This document shows positions 52,546-61,492 of a stretch of 64,000 nucleotides of DNA, in pieces. Position 1 is the first letter of the stretch. Each line of letters begins with the position of its first letter. The notes beneath the pieces are model-generated. The model saw only the letters and a list, made by a program, of their open reading frames with translations, did not search any database and was not told the DNA's origin. The translations under genes were made by a program, and so were the position numbers. Origin of the DNA: Bacteroidota bacterium. GTDB taxonomy: Bacteria; Bacteroidota; Bacteroidia; 2-12-FULL-35-15. The DNA lies in contig CANJYB010000005.1 of the NCBI GenBank assembly GCA_947479085.1, positions 131,135-195,134 of the forward strand, in the 5' to 3' direction.

Positions 52546-53994
52546 CTAGATACTTATTGTTACCCCAACAGAGAAGGGATATTCCTGCGGTCCTTTATCT
52601 TTTTGAAATAAACGGTTAAGACCATAATTTGCAAATACAGAAACATGATTGTACCCAACACGAACTATGGCACTGTAGCGGAATGGCTCTAAATTAAAAT
52701 CATCACGTTGTTTTATTTTGTAATGATGGTCATCTAAATTATACAACTGCTTGGTAACTGAATGAATGCGGTAAGCAAATTCAATACCTCCGGCAATGTG
52801 AAAATTATTATGCGGATTTTTACTCGTGTTGATTTCCAGCATTAGTGGCACTTTAATGTAGCTAACATTCAAATTGTTTTTCTTATAACTAATAGAGTCT
52901 TGAATTCCTCTAACATAAGCACTGCTATCGGTGCTCAATGAAATTTTATTTTTGAAAGCATAATGATTAAAATCGAAACCGATACCTGTTACCAGATTTA
53001 TATAGTTTTTATAGATGTGAAAGTTTTTCTGAAAAAGGTTTAATCCAAACTGGTATGATTTAGCATAGTTTAATTCCATAAATGTTGCACCCTGAGCCAC
53101 ATCTAAAGTGTTTTTATAATCCAACAATCCATTTACTCCAAAGTCCAATCCTCTCCAGTTCTTATAGGATTTATTGTATTCGTGAATAGAATCTTTTCTT
53201 GAATAACCATTTCTGGAATGATAGTCGTCATTGTCGCCAATAATCATGTATTTCTTTTTTCCTAACTTAAATTTGGTGGTATCATTTGCTGTTTCTTCAC
53301 CATTGCCGCTTTTGCTTTCGCGCACAGAACCTGCACCGGTAATATTTACATTCCGTTCTCCGGGGTTTCCTTTATAAATTACTGACCCTGCACCCGAAAC
53401 ATCTGCATCGAGGCTTTGTTTTACATTTACTTTGGCATCTCCCGCTCCTGACACCTTTACTTTTGCCTTATCAGTTTCCACGTTACTAGCTTTCAAATCC
53501 CCTGCTCCGGAAACATCGGCTGTTAAAAGCTGGGAACTTCCTTTTAATGAAACATCACCTGCCCCACTGATTTCTGTTTTTATCTCGGTGGCTTTTACTT
53601 CGAGGTGCACATCACCTGCTCCGTTTGATTTGATAAATAACTTATCACATATTAATTGATTCTCTGTTTTTACATCTGCAGAGCCGGAAACGTCCAAGCT
53701 GTTTAATGCTTTTACATTAATTAAAATGTTTACTGTTTTATCTGTTTTAATATTTCCTTCAGTTGAGATAGAAAGTATTCCATCTTTCACTTCAGTTTTT
53801 ATTTGTCCCTGCAAATTTTCCGGTGCTTCTACTTTTACCGTGTTAGCATCGCCCTGTGAAACAAGAATGTTAAAAGCATCTCCTGCCTTAATTCCTGTAA
53901 AATCTCCAACATTTCTTGTTTGTTGTGCCTGTATGGTTAATGAAGATACTCCTATTAAAAGAGAAGCTGCAATGGTTGTTATTTTTAATTTCAT
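52546..53994 (-). CDS. DUF2807 (GIN head) domain fused to an outer-membrane beta-barrel
   Basis: Signal peptide, repeated SGAGD beta-helix motifs, then a barrel-like region (YIKVPLMLEI...PFSVGVTISI). Confidence 0.85.
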   Translation of the reverse strand: MKLKITTIAASLLIGVSSLTIQAQQTRNVGDFTGIKAGDAFNILVSQGDANTVKVEAPENLQGQIKTEVKDGILSISTEGNIKTDKTVNILINVKALNSLDVSGSADVKTENQLICDKLFIKSNGAGDVHLEVKATEIKTEISGAGDVSLKGSSQLLTADVSGAGDLKASNVETDKAKVKVSGAGDAKVNVKQSLDADVSGAGSVIYKGNPGERNVNITGAGSVRESKSGNGEETANDTTKFKLGKKKYMIIGDNDDYHSRNGYSRKDSIHEYNKSYKNWRGLDFGVNGLLDYKNTLDVAQGATFMELNYAKSYQFGLNLFQKNFHIYKNYINLVTGIGFDFNHYAFKNKISLSTDSSAYVRGIQDSISYKKNNLNVSYIKVPLMLEINTSKNPHNNFHIAGGIEFAYRIHSVTKQLYNLDDHHYKIKQRDDFNLEPFRYSAIVRVGYNHVSVFANYGLNRLFQKDKGPQEYPFSVGVTISI

Positions 53995-54021
53995 AATAAA
54001 TTATTTTTTGTTGATTTTGAT

Positions 54022-54053
54022 AGTAAGACGACCGAGGGAATGAATTTGTTACA
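54022..54053 (-). promoter_or_regulatory. ECF-type promoter (TGTAAC-N17-CGTCT) of the DUF2807 gene
   Basis: Minus strand TGTAAC-aaattcattccctcggt-CGTCTTA. Confidence 0.55.
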
Positions 54054-54188
54054 GGTGAATGGAAATATTTTTAAGAAGTAATGGAAATAGAATTGAAAGT
54101 TATGATTTGTGGCTTAACAATATATTAACAATAAGAAATTATTCAGTTAGTACTGGCAGGGTACTTTTGTGCCCATAAAACAAATGAA

Positions 54189-54557
54189 ATGAACAAAATA
54201 CTAATAGTGGATGATGAACCGGATATTTTAGAGTTCTTATCCTACAACTTCCGGAAAAAGGATTTTTTAGTTATTACAGCCAATGATGGAAAGGAAGGTT
54301 TGGAACGTGCCATGCAGGAATCTCCGGAGATTATTATTTCTGATATATTAATGCCGGAAATGGACGGGATAGAAATGTGTAAAGAAATAAAGAAGAATAT
54401 AAAGTTTACTACCACCCCATTTATTTTTCTTACTGCGGTAAACGATGATTATAAGGTATTGTATGCCATGAGCTCGGGAGCTAACCAGTTTGTTTCAAAA
54501 CCTATTAAGTTTGAGTACCTATTATCTATTGTGAACCAAACCCTGGCGGTTCATTAG
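54189..54557 (+). CDS. Stand-alone response regulator receiver
   Basis: ILIVDDE, SDILMPEMDG, FLTA and KP motifs. Confidence 0.93.
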   Translation: MNKILIVDDEPDILEFLSYNFRKKDFLVITANDGKEGLERAMQESPEIIISDILMPEMDGIEMCKEIKKNIKFTTTPFIFLTAVNDDYKVLYAMSSGANQFVSKPIKFEYLLSIVNQTLAVH

Positions 54558-54779
54558 TTATTTCTTCCTTTAGGAAGTATTTTCCCAACTTTTATTGCTT
54601 TCGGACAATTTTTTCCGGCAAAACCCCCTTTGAAAGAAAATCCCCCAAAAATGAATAAAAGGGTAAAAATGAGCACTAAATGGATTAAATATTTTGGCGT
54701 ATTCATTAAAATACTATATTTGCACCCCAAATTAAAAAAAGAGTAATTAATTATTTGATTTTAAACAAATTAAAAGAGT

Positions 54780-55085
54780 ATGACAAAAGCACAAATTGTA
54801 AATGACATTGCAAAGAAAACCGGAATGGAAAAAGTAGAGATTTCAGCTACTGTTGAAGCATTTATGAAAGCGGTTAAAGAAAGCATGATTGAAGGAGAAA
54901 ACGTTTATTTAAGAGGTTTTGGAACCTTTATTGTAAAAAAACGCGCTGAAAAAACAGGAAGAAATATTTCTAAAAACACATCGGTTATTATTCCGGCACA
55001 TTACTTTCCAACATACAAACCTGCAAAGGAGTTTGCTGAAAATGTAAAGGCGGCAGTAAAAGTATCAAAAAAAGGAGCAAAGTAA
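54780..55085 (+). CDS. hup: HU/IHF family DNA-binding protein
   Basis: VYLRGFGTFIVKKRAEKTGRNI. Confidence 0.93.
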   Translation: MTKAQIVNDIAKKTGMEKVEISATVEAFMKAVKESMIEGENVYLRGFGTFIVKKRAEKTGRNISKNTSVIIPAHYFPTYKPAKEFAENVKAAVKVSKKGAK

Positions 55086-55121
55086 TTTCAAATGTCAGAT
55101 TTAGCAATCTGAAATTAAAAA

Positions 55122-55952
55122 ATGTCTGTAAACAAAACGCAAATAGCAGTAATTGCAGGCTCAGTAGTATTAATCGTTCTTTTATTATTTGCAAATACCG
55201 ATCTTCCTAAAAAAGAGGAAGTGAAAATGTCGGAACACCCGGGGCCTAACGGTGCTGGAATGTTAACATTAGTAGAAAGTGCAAAAGCAAGTTTAACTGT
55301 TTCTCAGAAAAAGGAAATGGATAAGTTGGATGAAGCTGTAAAATCTTCTCCCGACAAAAAGAAAGCTTTTGAGAACATTATCAACCAATGGGACAGTTTG
55401 AGACAGCCAGCAGTGGCAGCTCATTATATGGAAGAGGCCGCAAAAGCATCTCCAAATGAAAAGAACTGGAGCGAAGCAGGGAACAGGTATTATGCCGCTA
55501 CCCGATTTGCTAAAGAACCTGACAAACCTTTGCTTTACAGCAAAGCGATGGAATGTTTTGAAAAGACATTGGAACTAAACCCGAAAAACGTGGAGGCCAA
55601 GATAAACCTTGGAGCCTGTTATGTGGAAGGTAGTGCCGAGCCAATGAAAGGTATAGGGATGCTTCGCGAAGTGGAAAAAACAGATTCGAATAATGTGAAC
55701 CTGCAATTGAACTTCGCTTTCTTCTCCGAAAAATCGAGACAATGGGACAGGGCCATAAAACGTTTTCAAAAGGTGTTGGTTATTCAGCCTGATTTCATTG
55801 AAGCGTATTTGCACCTGGCAGATGCTTATCAGCAGAAAGGCGACAAAGCTAAGTCGATTGAAAGCCTGGAAGCGTATCTTTCGAAAACGGATGATGTGAC
55901 AGTGAAAGCGGAAATTCAGGATTATATTAACAAACTGAAGAGCGAGAAATAA
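55122..55952 (+). CDS. Membrane-anchored TPR protein
   Basis: N-terminal TM helix and TPR motifs (FEKTLELNPKNVEAKINLG). Confidence 0.88.
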   Translation: MSVNKTQIAVIAGSVVLIVLLLFANTDLPKKEEVKMSEHPGPNGAGMLTLVESAKASLTVSQKKEMDKLDEAVKSSPDKKKAFENIINQWDSLRQPAVAAHYMEEAAKASPNEKNWSEAGNRYYAATRFAKEPDKPLLYSKAMECFEKTLELNPKNVEAKINLGACYVEGSAEPMKGIGMLREVEKTDSNNVNLQLNFAFFSEKSRQWDRAIKRFQKVLVIQPDFIEAYLHLADAYQQKGDKAKSIESLEAYLSKTDDVTVKAEIQDYINKLKSEK

Positions 55953-56006
55953 AAGAGATTACTAAATTTAGAATTCATTATTAATAATTTATAATACCAA
56001 CAGAAA

Positions 56007-56096
56007 ATGCCAAGCGGTAAAAAAAGAAAACGTCATAAAATGGCGACTCACAAACGTAAAAAACGTTTGAGAAAAAACAGACATAAGAAAAAATAA
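56007..56096 (+). CDS. bS22 / AURKAIP1-COX24-like small ribosomal protein (29 aa, absent from the ORF track)
   Basis: MPSGKKRKRHKMATHKRKKRLRKNRHKKK*. Confidence 0.9.
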   Translation: MPSGKKRKRHKMATHKRKKRLRKNRHKKK

Positions 56097-56294
56097 TTCC
56101 TTAGCGGAATTATAGCTCTATGCATTAGTAACATAATAAACAGGATGGAAAATTTCCATTCTGTTTATCTATGCACTTATATATGTGTGTTTTATTTCGG
56201 GAAACCGAAAACAACCTTAGAAACATCAACCAATTATTTTGCATTCTCCGAAAGCGCGAGGTGGGATAATTGTATTTATTTAAAACTTTAAAGA

Positions 56295-57848
56295 GTGAAC
56301 AACGAATTAATCATTGATTCCACTCCCTCCGAAGTTGTTATTGCCTTATTAAATGATAAGCGATTAGTAGAACTCAATCGCGAACGAAGCAACAATAACT
56401 ATACGGTTGGCGACATATATCTTGGACGGGTAAAAAAAGTAATGCCCGGATTGAATGCCGCCTTTGTGGATGTTGGATACGAAAAAGATGCATTTTTGCA
56501 TTACCTGGACTTAGGTCCGCAGGCCAATTCCTTTTGCAAATACACCAAACTGGTGCAAACGGATAAGCAAACCACTTCCAACTTAATGTATTTTAAGCTG
56601 GAAAATGATATTCCGAAAGATGGCAAAATAGGAACTATTATTAATGCGAATCAGCAAATTCTGATTCAGATTGCCAAGGAACCTATTTCTACAAAAGGTC
56701 CGAGAATAACCACCGAAATTTCATTAGCAGGAAGATACATTGTCCTGATTCCTTTCTCCGATAAAATTTCTGTTTCACAGAAAATAAAAACTACCGAAGA
56801 AAAGACCCGGCTGAAAAGATTACTTGCGAGTATAAAACCTAAAAACTTTGGGGTAATTATTCGTACGGTTGCTGAAGGAAAATCGGTTGCTGATTTGGAT
56901 GCGGATTTGAATGACCTGATTAAGAAATGGGAAATTTGTTATCAAGCTTTGAAAACTGCTCAACCACCACAAAAGGTGTTGGGAGAGATTGACAGAACTT
57001 CTGCCATACTTCGCGATTTGCTGAATGCAAGTTTCAACAGCATTCATATCAATGACCCTGCATTGTACGAAGAAACAAAAACCTACCTGCAAACCATTGC
57101 ACCGGATAAAGAAAAAATTCTGAAACTGTATAAAGGTACTGTTCCCATCTTCGACAATTTTGGAGTGGACCGACAGATAAAAGCATTGTTTGGAAAAACA
57201 GTGACCATGAAAAGCGGTGGTTACCTGATAGTGGAGCATACGGAAGCGATGCACGTTATTGATGTAAACAGTGGAAACCGTGCCAAATCGGATAATAACC
57301 AGGAAACAAATGCGTTTGAAATAAACCTGGAAGCAGCTGTGGAAGTTGCTCGTCAGCTTCGGTTGAGAGATATGGGTGGAATCATTGTGGTCGATTTTAT
57401 TGATTTGCATAATGCTGAAAACCGTAAACTGTTGTTTGAAAAGATGCGGGACGAAATGGCTAAGGACCGTGCGAAACACAACATTCTTCCTCCTTCCAAA
57501 TTCGGATTGATACAGATTACCCGTCAGCGCGTTCGACCGGAAATGAATATAGTTACTGTGGAAAAATGCCCAACCTGTGGAGGTACTGGCGAGATACAGG
57601 CAAGTATATTATTGATGGATCAGATTGAAAATAACGTACGCTATATATTAAAGGAACAAAACGAAAGTGGTGTTACCCTTTGTGTGCATCCTTACCTGGA
57701 AGCGTATATTACCCGTGGTTTGTTTACTTCGCTTCGCAGAAAATGGAGCAAGAAATACGGAAAGACGCTGAAAGTAAAAGCGATGTCTTCGTATAACTTT
57801 TTGGAATATCATTTTTTGAATAAAAATGAGGATGAGATAAAGATTTAA
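56295..57848 (+). CDS. Ribonuclease E/G
   Basis: S1 domain GDIYLGRVKKVMPGLNAAFVD; VIDVNSG; RQLRLRDMGGIIVVDFID; CPTCGGTG. Confidence 0.96.
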   Translation: MNNELIIDSTPSEVVIALLNDKRLVELNRERSNNNYTVGDIYLGRVKKVMPGLNAAFVDVGYEKDAFLHYLDLGPQANSFCKYTKLVQTDKQTTSNLMYFKLENDIPKDGKIGTIINANQQILIQIAKEPISTKGPRITTEISLAGRYIVLIPFSDKISVSQKIKTTEEKTRLKRLLASIKPKNFGVIIRTVAEGKSVADLDADLNDLIKKWEICYQALKTAQPPQKVLGEIDRTSAILRDLLNASFNSIHINDPALYEETKTYLQTIAPDKEKILKLYKGTVPIFDNFGVDRQIKALFGKTVTMKSGGYLIVEHTEAMHVIDVNSGNRAKSDNNQETNAFEINLEAAVEVARQLRLRDMGGIIVVDFIDLHNAENRKLLFEKMRDEMAKDRAKHNILPPSKFGLIQITRQRVRPEMNIVTVEKCPTCGGTGEIQASILLMDQIENNVRYILKEQNESGVTLCVHPYLEAYITRGLFTSLRRKWSKKYGKTLKVKAMSSYNFLEYHFLNKNEDEIKI

Positions 57849-57877
57849 ATGTGAGATAATAAATTTGAGTATTGAGA

Positions 57878-57910
57878 AATGCCCCCGCAGATATTGTGGG
57901 GGCATTTTTT
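57878..57910 (+). terminator. Rne/Rng terminator
   Basis: AAATGCCCCC(GC)A-gatat-TGTGGGGGCATTTTTT. Confidence 0.8.
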
Positions 57911-57984
57911 GTTTGGAATCTTAATGAAGGCTACACCAAATGGGAGCAAGTTAAGACGATAAATACTATCCTCTTTTTAAAAAC

Positions 57985-58811
57985 CTATTTCCCGCCAATA
58001 GTAAACTTATGCTGTGAAGTCGTTTTGCCATCACTCACTATAAGGTAATACATTCCATTGGGAAATGTATTGGCTTTTATCTCGTTAAATAAAATGGTAT
58101 TGATTCCTGTAAACAGTTTTTTTGTATCGCTATACATCAATTCTCCTAACTGATTGTAGATGGATAGATTCACTTTATTAGTGGTGCCGGAGTTTATAGA
58201 AATACTGCTTTTATCTGTTACCGGATTTGGAAAAATGTCTGTTTCGAAGAGTGGTTTATTGGTTTCAGCAATACCTGCTGCTGAAACGGATGTAACCCTG
58301 ACACTATCCATAACTACATCTGTTAATGGCCTGTCGCTGGAATTGGTGGGTACCACTCCTATGGCCTGAACTACAGAAAAATTATTTATAACAATACCAA
58401 AAACAGGGTAATTAGGATTTAAGAAATTATTGTTAACGAGGTTAATAAAAAACTGGCTTTCGCCAGTGTTGGGTCCTGAGTTTGCCATCGCTAGGACCTT
58501 TTGCAGGTTTAAATTCGGAGCAGTAAGCTCGTCCTGAATAGGAATTCCGGTACCGCCAAAGCCTGTGCCTAAGGGGTCTCCGCCCTGAATCATAAAGCCC
58601 GCTATTACGCGATGAAAAATAACTCCGTCATAAAAATGAGTATTTACTAATCCCAAAAAATTGGTGTTGTTATTGGCCGGGCAACATCATACAAACTTGC
58701 TTCAAAGTTGCCCATATTGGTGTAAAAGGTAACGTGCGTAGATTGCGCCTTAGCAAAATTTGAAATAAGGACGAATGAAATAAGTAAAAAAGAAATGGCT
58801 GTTTTTTTCAT
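57985..58811 (-). pseudogene. Cyclophilin-type PPIase with signal peptide and T9SS type-A CTD, frameshifted near 58665
   Basis: ATG at 58811 gives a signal peptide plus VTFYTNMGNF..LYD..RPITT, then stops. The other frame continues NFLGLV..YDGVIFHRVI..MIQGGDP..QFFIN and the CTD IFPNP..GMYYL. Confidence 0.8.
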
Positions 58812-58907
58812 TGTTTATATTTTATGTTTTGTATTAAATGTTTTTTGGGTGTTTTTGATGTGTTTAATTTTTAGTAAAAGTATGAAATTTATTACGCAAA
58901 TCTCTTT

Positions 58908-58947
58908 AAAAAAAACTCCCCTGATTTTTACACCAGGGGAGTTTTTT
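58908..58947 (-). terminator. Terminator closing the HTH/hypothetical operon
   Basis: AAAAAACTCCCCTG-atttttacac-CAGGGGAGTTTTTT. Confidence 0.8.
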
Positions 58948-58973
58948 GTTTTTACAGAACTGACAGCTTAAGG

Positions 58974-59897
58974 CTATTCAGTAAGCATAATTATCTTATG
59001 AAGCTTTTCCGAACCCGGAGAAAAATGATAAGCCAACTCAGACTGAATAGCAAACCCTCTGCACGTATAAGTAATATTATAATCACCAGGAATCACTTTC
59101 ACATTTTTAAATCTTCCCAAATTGCTTGTCAATGAAGTATAAGTTACCGAAGGTTCATCTGTTTTAACCAGCGTAGCCAATACATTTGCAATTGGATTTC
59201 CTGCACTGTCTTTTGCTGTTCCTCTGAATTTTGTAAAAGTACTACCCGCATCCAGTATAATTCTCGCGCTGTAATATCCTTTGTAAAATGTAGCTTGCGA
59301 CACCTTTATAGAAGTTACCAACCTATCCATAATATTTTTAAACTGTATATCAATAGTCGAGCGGATAAGCGCCTTCATATCATCATTAGCAGTCTTTTTA
59401 CTCACTATGGCCTGCCTTGGTCGCTGAATCGAAGTACTGTAATTATTTATCGCCACTCCAAATGCTGTTACTATCGGAGCCGTTATCCCTGCCGGACCCA
59501 ACGCAGCAATATTAGTATTAGCAGCCCCCATAATAACTATACAAACATCATCCACATCCTCCTTCGATAATCTGTCCAGCTTCGACTGGTTGTAATTTAC
59601 CAACGCAGCCAGCCTATTATTCACCGGATTCAGGCTGTTTGCATACGCAAAAACAGCCGAAGCACATTGAAGCGCAAACTCAGTCATCGTTTTCCTTAGT
59701 TGATTCGTATCCTGGGTAACACCCGTTGTAGTCCCAGTCACCACACCGTTTAATATCCCGATAGCAGTCACATTACTTTTCACCACCGTCAAAGTAGTAC
59801 CGTAAAGCGCAAGCCCCGATACAGGAGCAGTATTAGCATCCGAAAATTCAACAACTGTATTAATCATGTTGAATAAATTTGTTTCTTTCGTGTTCAT
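58974..59897 (-). CDS. Hypothetical protein: about 215-aa helical domain plus a carboxypeptidase-regulatory-like beta-sandwich; no signal peptide
   Basis: C-terminal FRGTAKDSAGNPIANVLATL..TSNLGRF..PGDYNITYTCRGF; N-terminus lacks a hydrophobic core. Confidence 0.8.
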   Translation of the reverse strand: MNTKETNLFNMINTVVEFSDANTAPVSGLALYGTTLTVVKSNVTAIGILNGVVTGTTTGVTQDTNQLRKTMTEFALQCASAVFAYANSLNPVNNRLAALVNYNQSKLDRLSKEDVDDVCIVIMGAANTNIAALGPAGITAPIVTAFGVAINNYSTSIQRPRQAIVSKKTANDDMKALIRSTIDIQFKNIMDRLVTSIKVSQATFYKGYYSARIILDAGSTFTKFRGTAKDSAGNPIANVLATLVKTDEPSVTYTSLTSNLGRFKNVKVIPGDYNITYTCRGFAIQSELAYHFSPGSEKLHKIIMLTE

Positions 59898-59930
59898 TTT
59901 AATTTAAGTTTAAGTTAGTTAATCATTTAT

Positions 59931-60170
59931 TTATAATTGTTTATTTTCATCACTCGATTCTTTTAACATTTCCCATAATTCTTGACCAAATCCCCCACCA
60001 GCTATTTTATTTAAGCTCGATAGTTTTAAATCATGTTTCCCCCTGATTACCTTCCTGATAGTATATTCACACACTCCACATTGTTTGGCAAAAGCATTAT
60101 TTGTCATACCGGTTTTCAATACCTTTCTTCTTATTAAATCGCAGACTATTATTAAAATCTCTTCCTCCAT
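59931..60170 (-). CDS. XRE/Cro-like HTH regulator
   Basis: GMTNNAFAKQCGVCEYTIRKVIRGKHDLKLSSLNKIA; ATG at 60170 (GTG alternative at 60176). Confidence 0.8.
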   Translation of the reverse strand: MEEEILIIVCDLIRRKVLKTGMTNNAFAKQCGVCEYTIRKVIRGKHDLKLSSLNKIAGGGFGQELWEMLKESSDENKQL

Positions 60171-60203
60171 GACCACAAAAATGTTGTTTTCAACAAACTT
60201 TTC

Positions 60204-60221
60204 TTCGTGTTATAACACGAA
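60204..60221. promoter_or_regulatory. Perfect 18-bp palindrome, candidate operator
   Basis: TTCGTGTTA|TAACACGAA, about 34 bp upstream of the HTH start. Confidence 0.6.
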
Positions 60222-60313
60222 TTTTCAAAATCCCTCAAATAAATAAATTTTCAAAATCTCTAAAAATCATCGTCAAACCCATAATATCATTAGCTAATCA
60301 ACTAATACTAATT

Positions 60314-60600
60314 GTCAAATTCAAAAATCGGAACGTCAAACAAATGAGTAGGGATGTCAAACAAATGAGCAAGGAAGTCAAACAAACTAGCAAGGAAGTC
60401 AAACAAACGAGCAAGGAAGTCAAACAAACGAGCAAGGAAGTCAAACAAATGAGCAAGGAAGTCAAACAAACGAGCAAGGAAGTCAAACAAATGAGTAAGG
60501 AGTTCGAACAAATGAGCAAGGAAGTCAAACAAATGAGTAAGGAAGTTAAACAAGCGAAGGAAAGGATGAAATAAACGAGTAAGCAAATTGAAAAAACAAA
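60314..60600. repeat. 21-bp tandem array (11 good units plus degenerate flanks)
   Basis: Consensus AAGGAAGTCAAACAAA(T/C)GAGC; GTCAAACAA-type core at 21-bp steps from 60335 to 60545. Confidence 0.95.
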
Positions 60601-60675
60601 TCCTAATATCAATGAATTTATCCCTGGTGTAAAACAAATAAATTTCCGGTTGAAACTAAACGGAAGCGATTTTTT

Positions 60676-60743
60676 GCCTTTGTTGGTGTTTTGCCTTTGT
60701 TGGTGTTTTCTTTTTGCCTTTGTTGCTGTTTTCACCAACAAAC
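60676..60743 (+). repeat. REP hairpin with two truncated tandem copies, upstream of RAYT
   Basis: GCCTTTGTTGGTGTTTT twice, then GCCTTTGTTGCTG-tttt-CACCAACAAACG. Confidence 0.85.
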
Positions 60744-60774
60744 GCTCACAATTAAATAATCCTAATTTTGCAAA

Positions 60775-61309
60775 ATGGTTTCTTTCCGAAAAACATCCCG
60801 ATATTTATTTATTTACAGCTACCAACCTTAATTGGATAAAACTACTTGAAGAAGATGAAAATAAAAATATCGTAATAAATAGTTTGAAATTCTTAACCGA
60901 TAATAAAAGAGTAAAAGTTTTTGGTTTTGTAATTATGCCAAACCATATACATCTTCTTTGGCAAATACTCGAACCACACAAAACTGAAAACGTGCAAAGA
61001 GATTTTTTAAAATATACCGCACAACAAATTAAATGGAACCTGGTAAATAAAGATTCTCCATTATTGGATGAAATTAAAGTAAATGCAAAAGACAAGAGAT
61101 ACCAATTATGGGAACGAAATCCTTTGTAGCTTGAAATTGATAATACAGATACACTTTTGCAGAAACTAAATTATATTCATAATAATCCTTGCCAGCCTGA
61201 ATGGTTGTTAGCTGAAAAACAGGAAGATTACCATTATTCAAGTGCTGCATTTTACATTCTTGATAAGAAGGAGTTTGATTTCCTTGTTAGATTTGATGAA
61301 GTAATGTAA
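60775..61309 (+). pseudogene. RAYT/IS200-like Y1 HUH transposase, disrupted
   Basis: FTAT..W, FVIMPNHIHLLW (HUH) and, after an in-frame TAG at 61127-61129, QKLNYIHNNP and YHYSSA. The ATG at 60775 is one base out of frame. Confidence 0.88.
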
Positions 61310-61350
61310 ATTTGTATTGTGAGAAAAAAAATGGAAAAGAAAGCTTAGTT

Positions 61351-61451
61351 CGTTTGCAGGTGAAAAAATCCCGCACGTGCGGGACAAAGGCATCCTTTTA
61401 TGTAAATTTAAAGGGGTAAATAGTTATAAAAAAAGGAACACCTGCAAGGGC
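61351..61451 (-). repeat. Inverted REP downstream of RAYT, with an insertion in its loop
   Basis: CGTTTGCAGGTGAAAA...[TCCCGCACGTGCGGGA etc.]...AACACCTGCAAGGGC. Confidence 0.7.
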
Positions 61452-61492
61452 TAAAAATTGTAGAATACTTGACAGTCATCACGAAAAATAAA

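Noticed and set aside
60298..60741. Minus-strand ORFs of 147 and 109 aa over the 21-bp array
   Set aside because: They are repeat-derived and begin inside or near the REP sequences; not called as genes.
61127..61129. TAG readthrough or stop-codon reassignment in the RAYT gene
   Set aside because: TAG is a normal stop for the giant protein, gyrB, porP and others, and the RAYT gene has a second lesion at its start.
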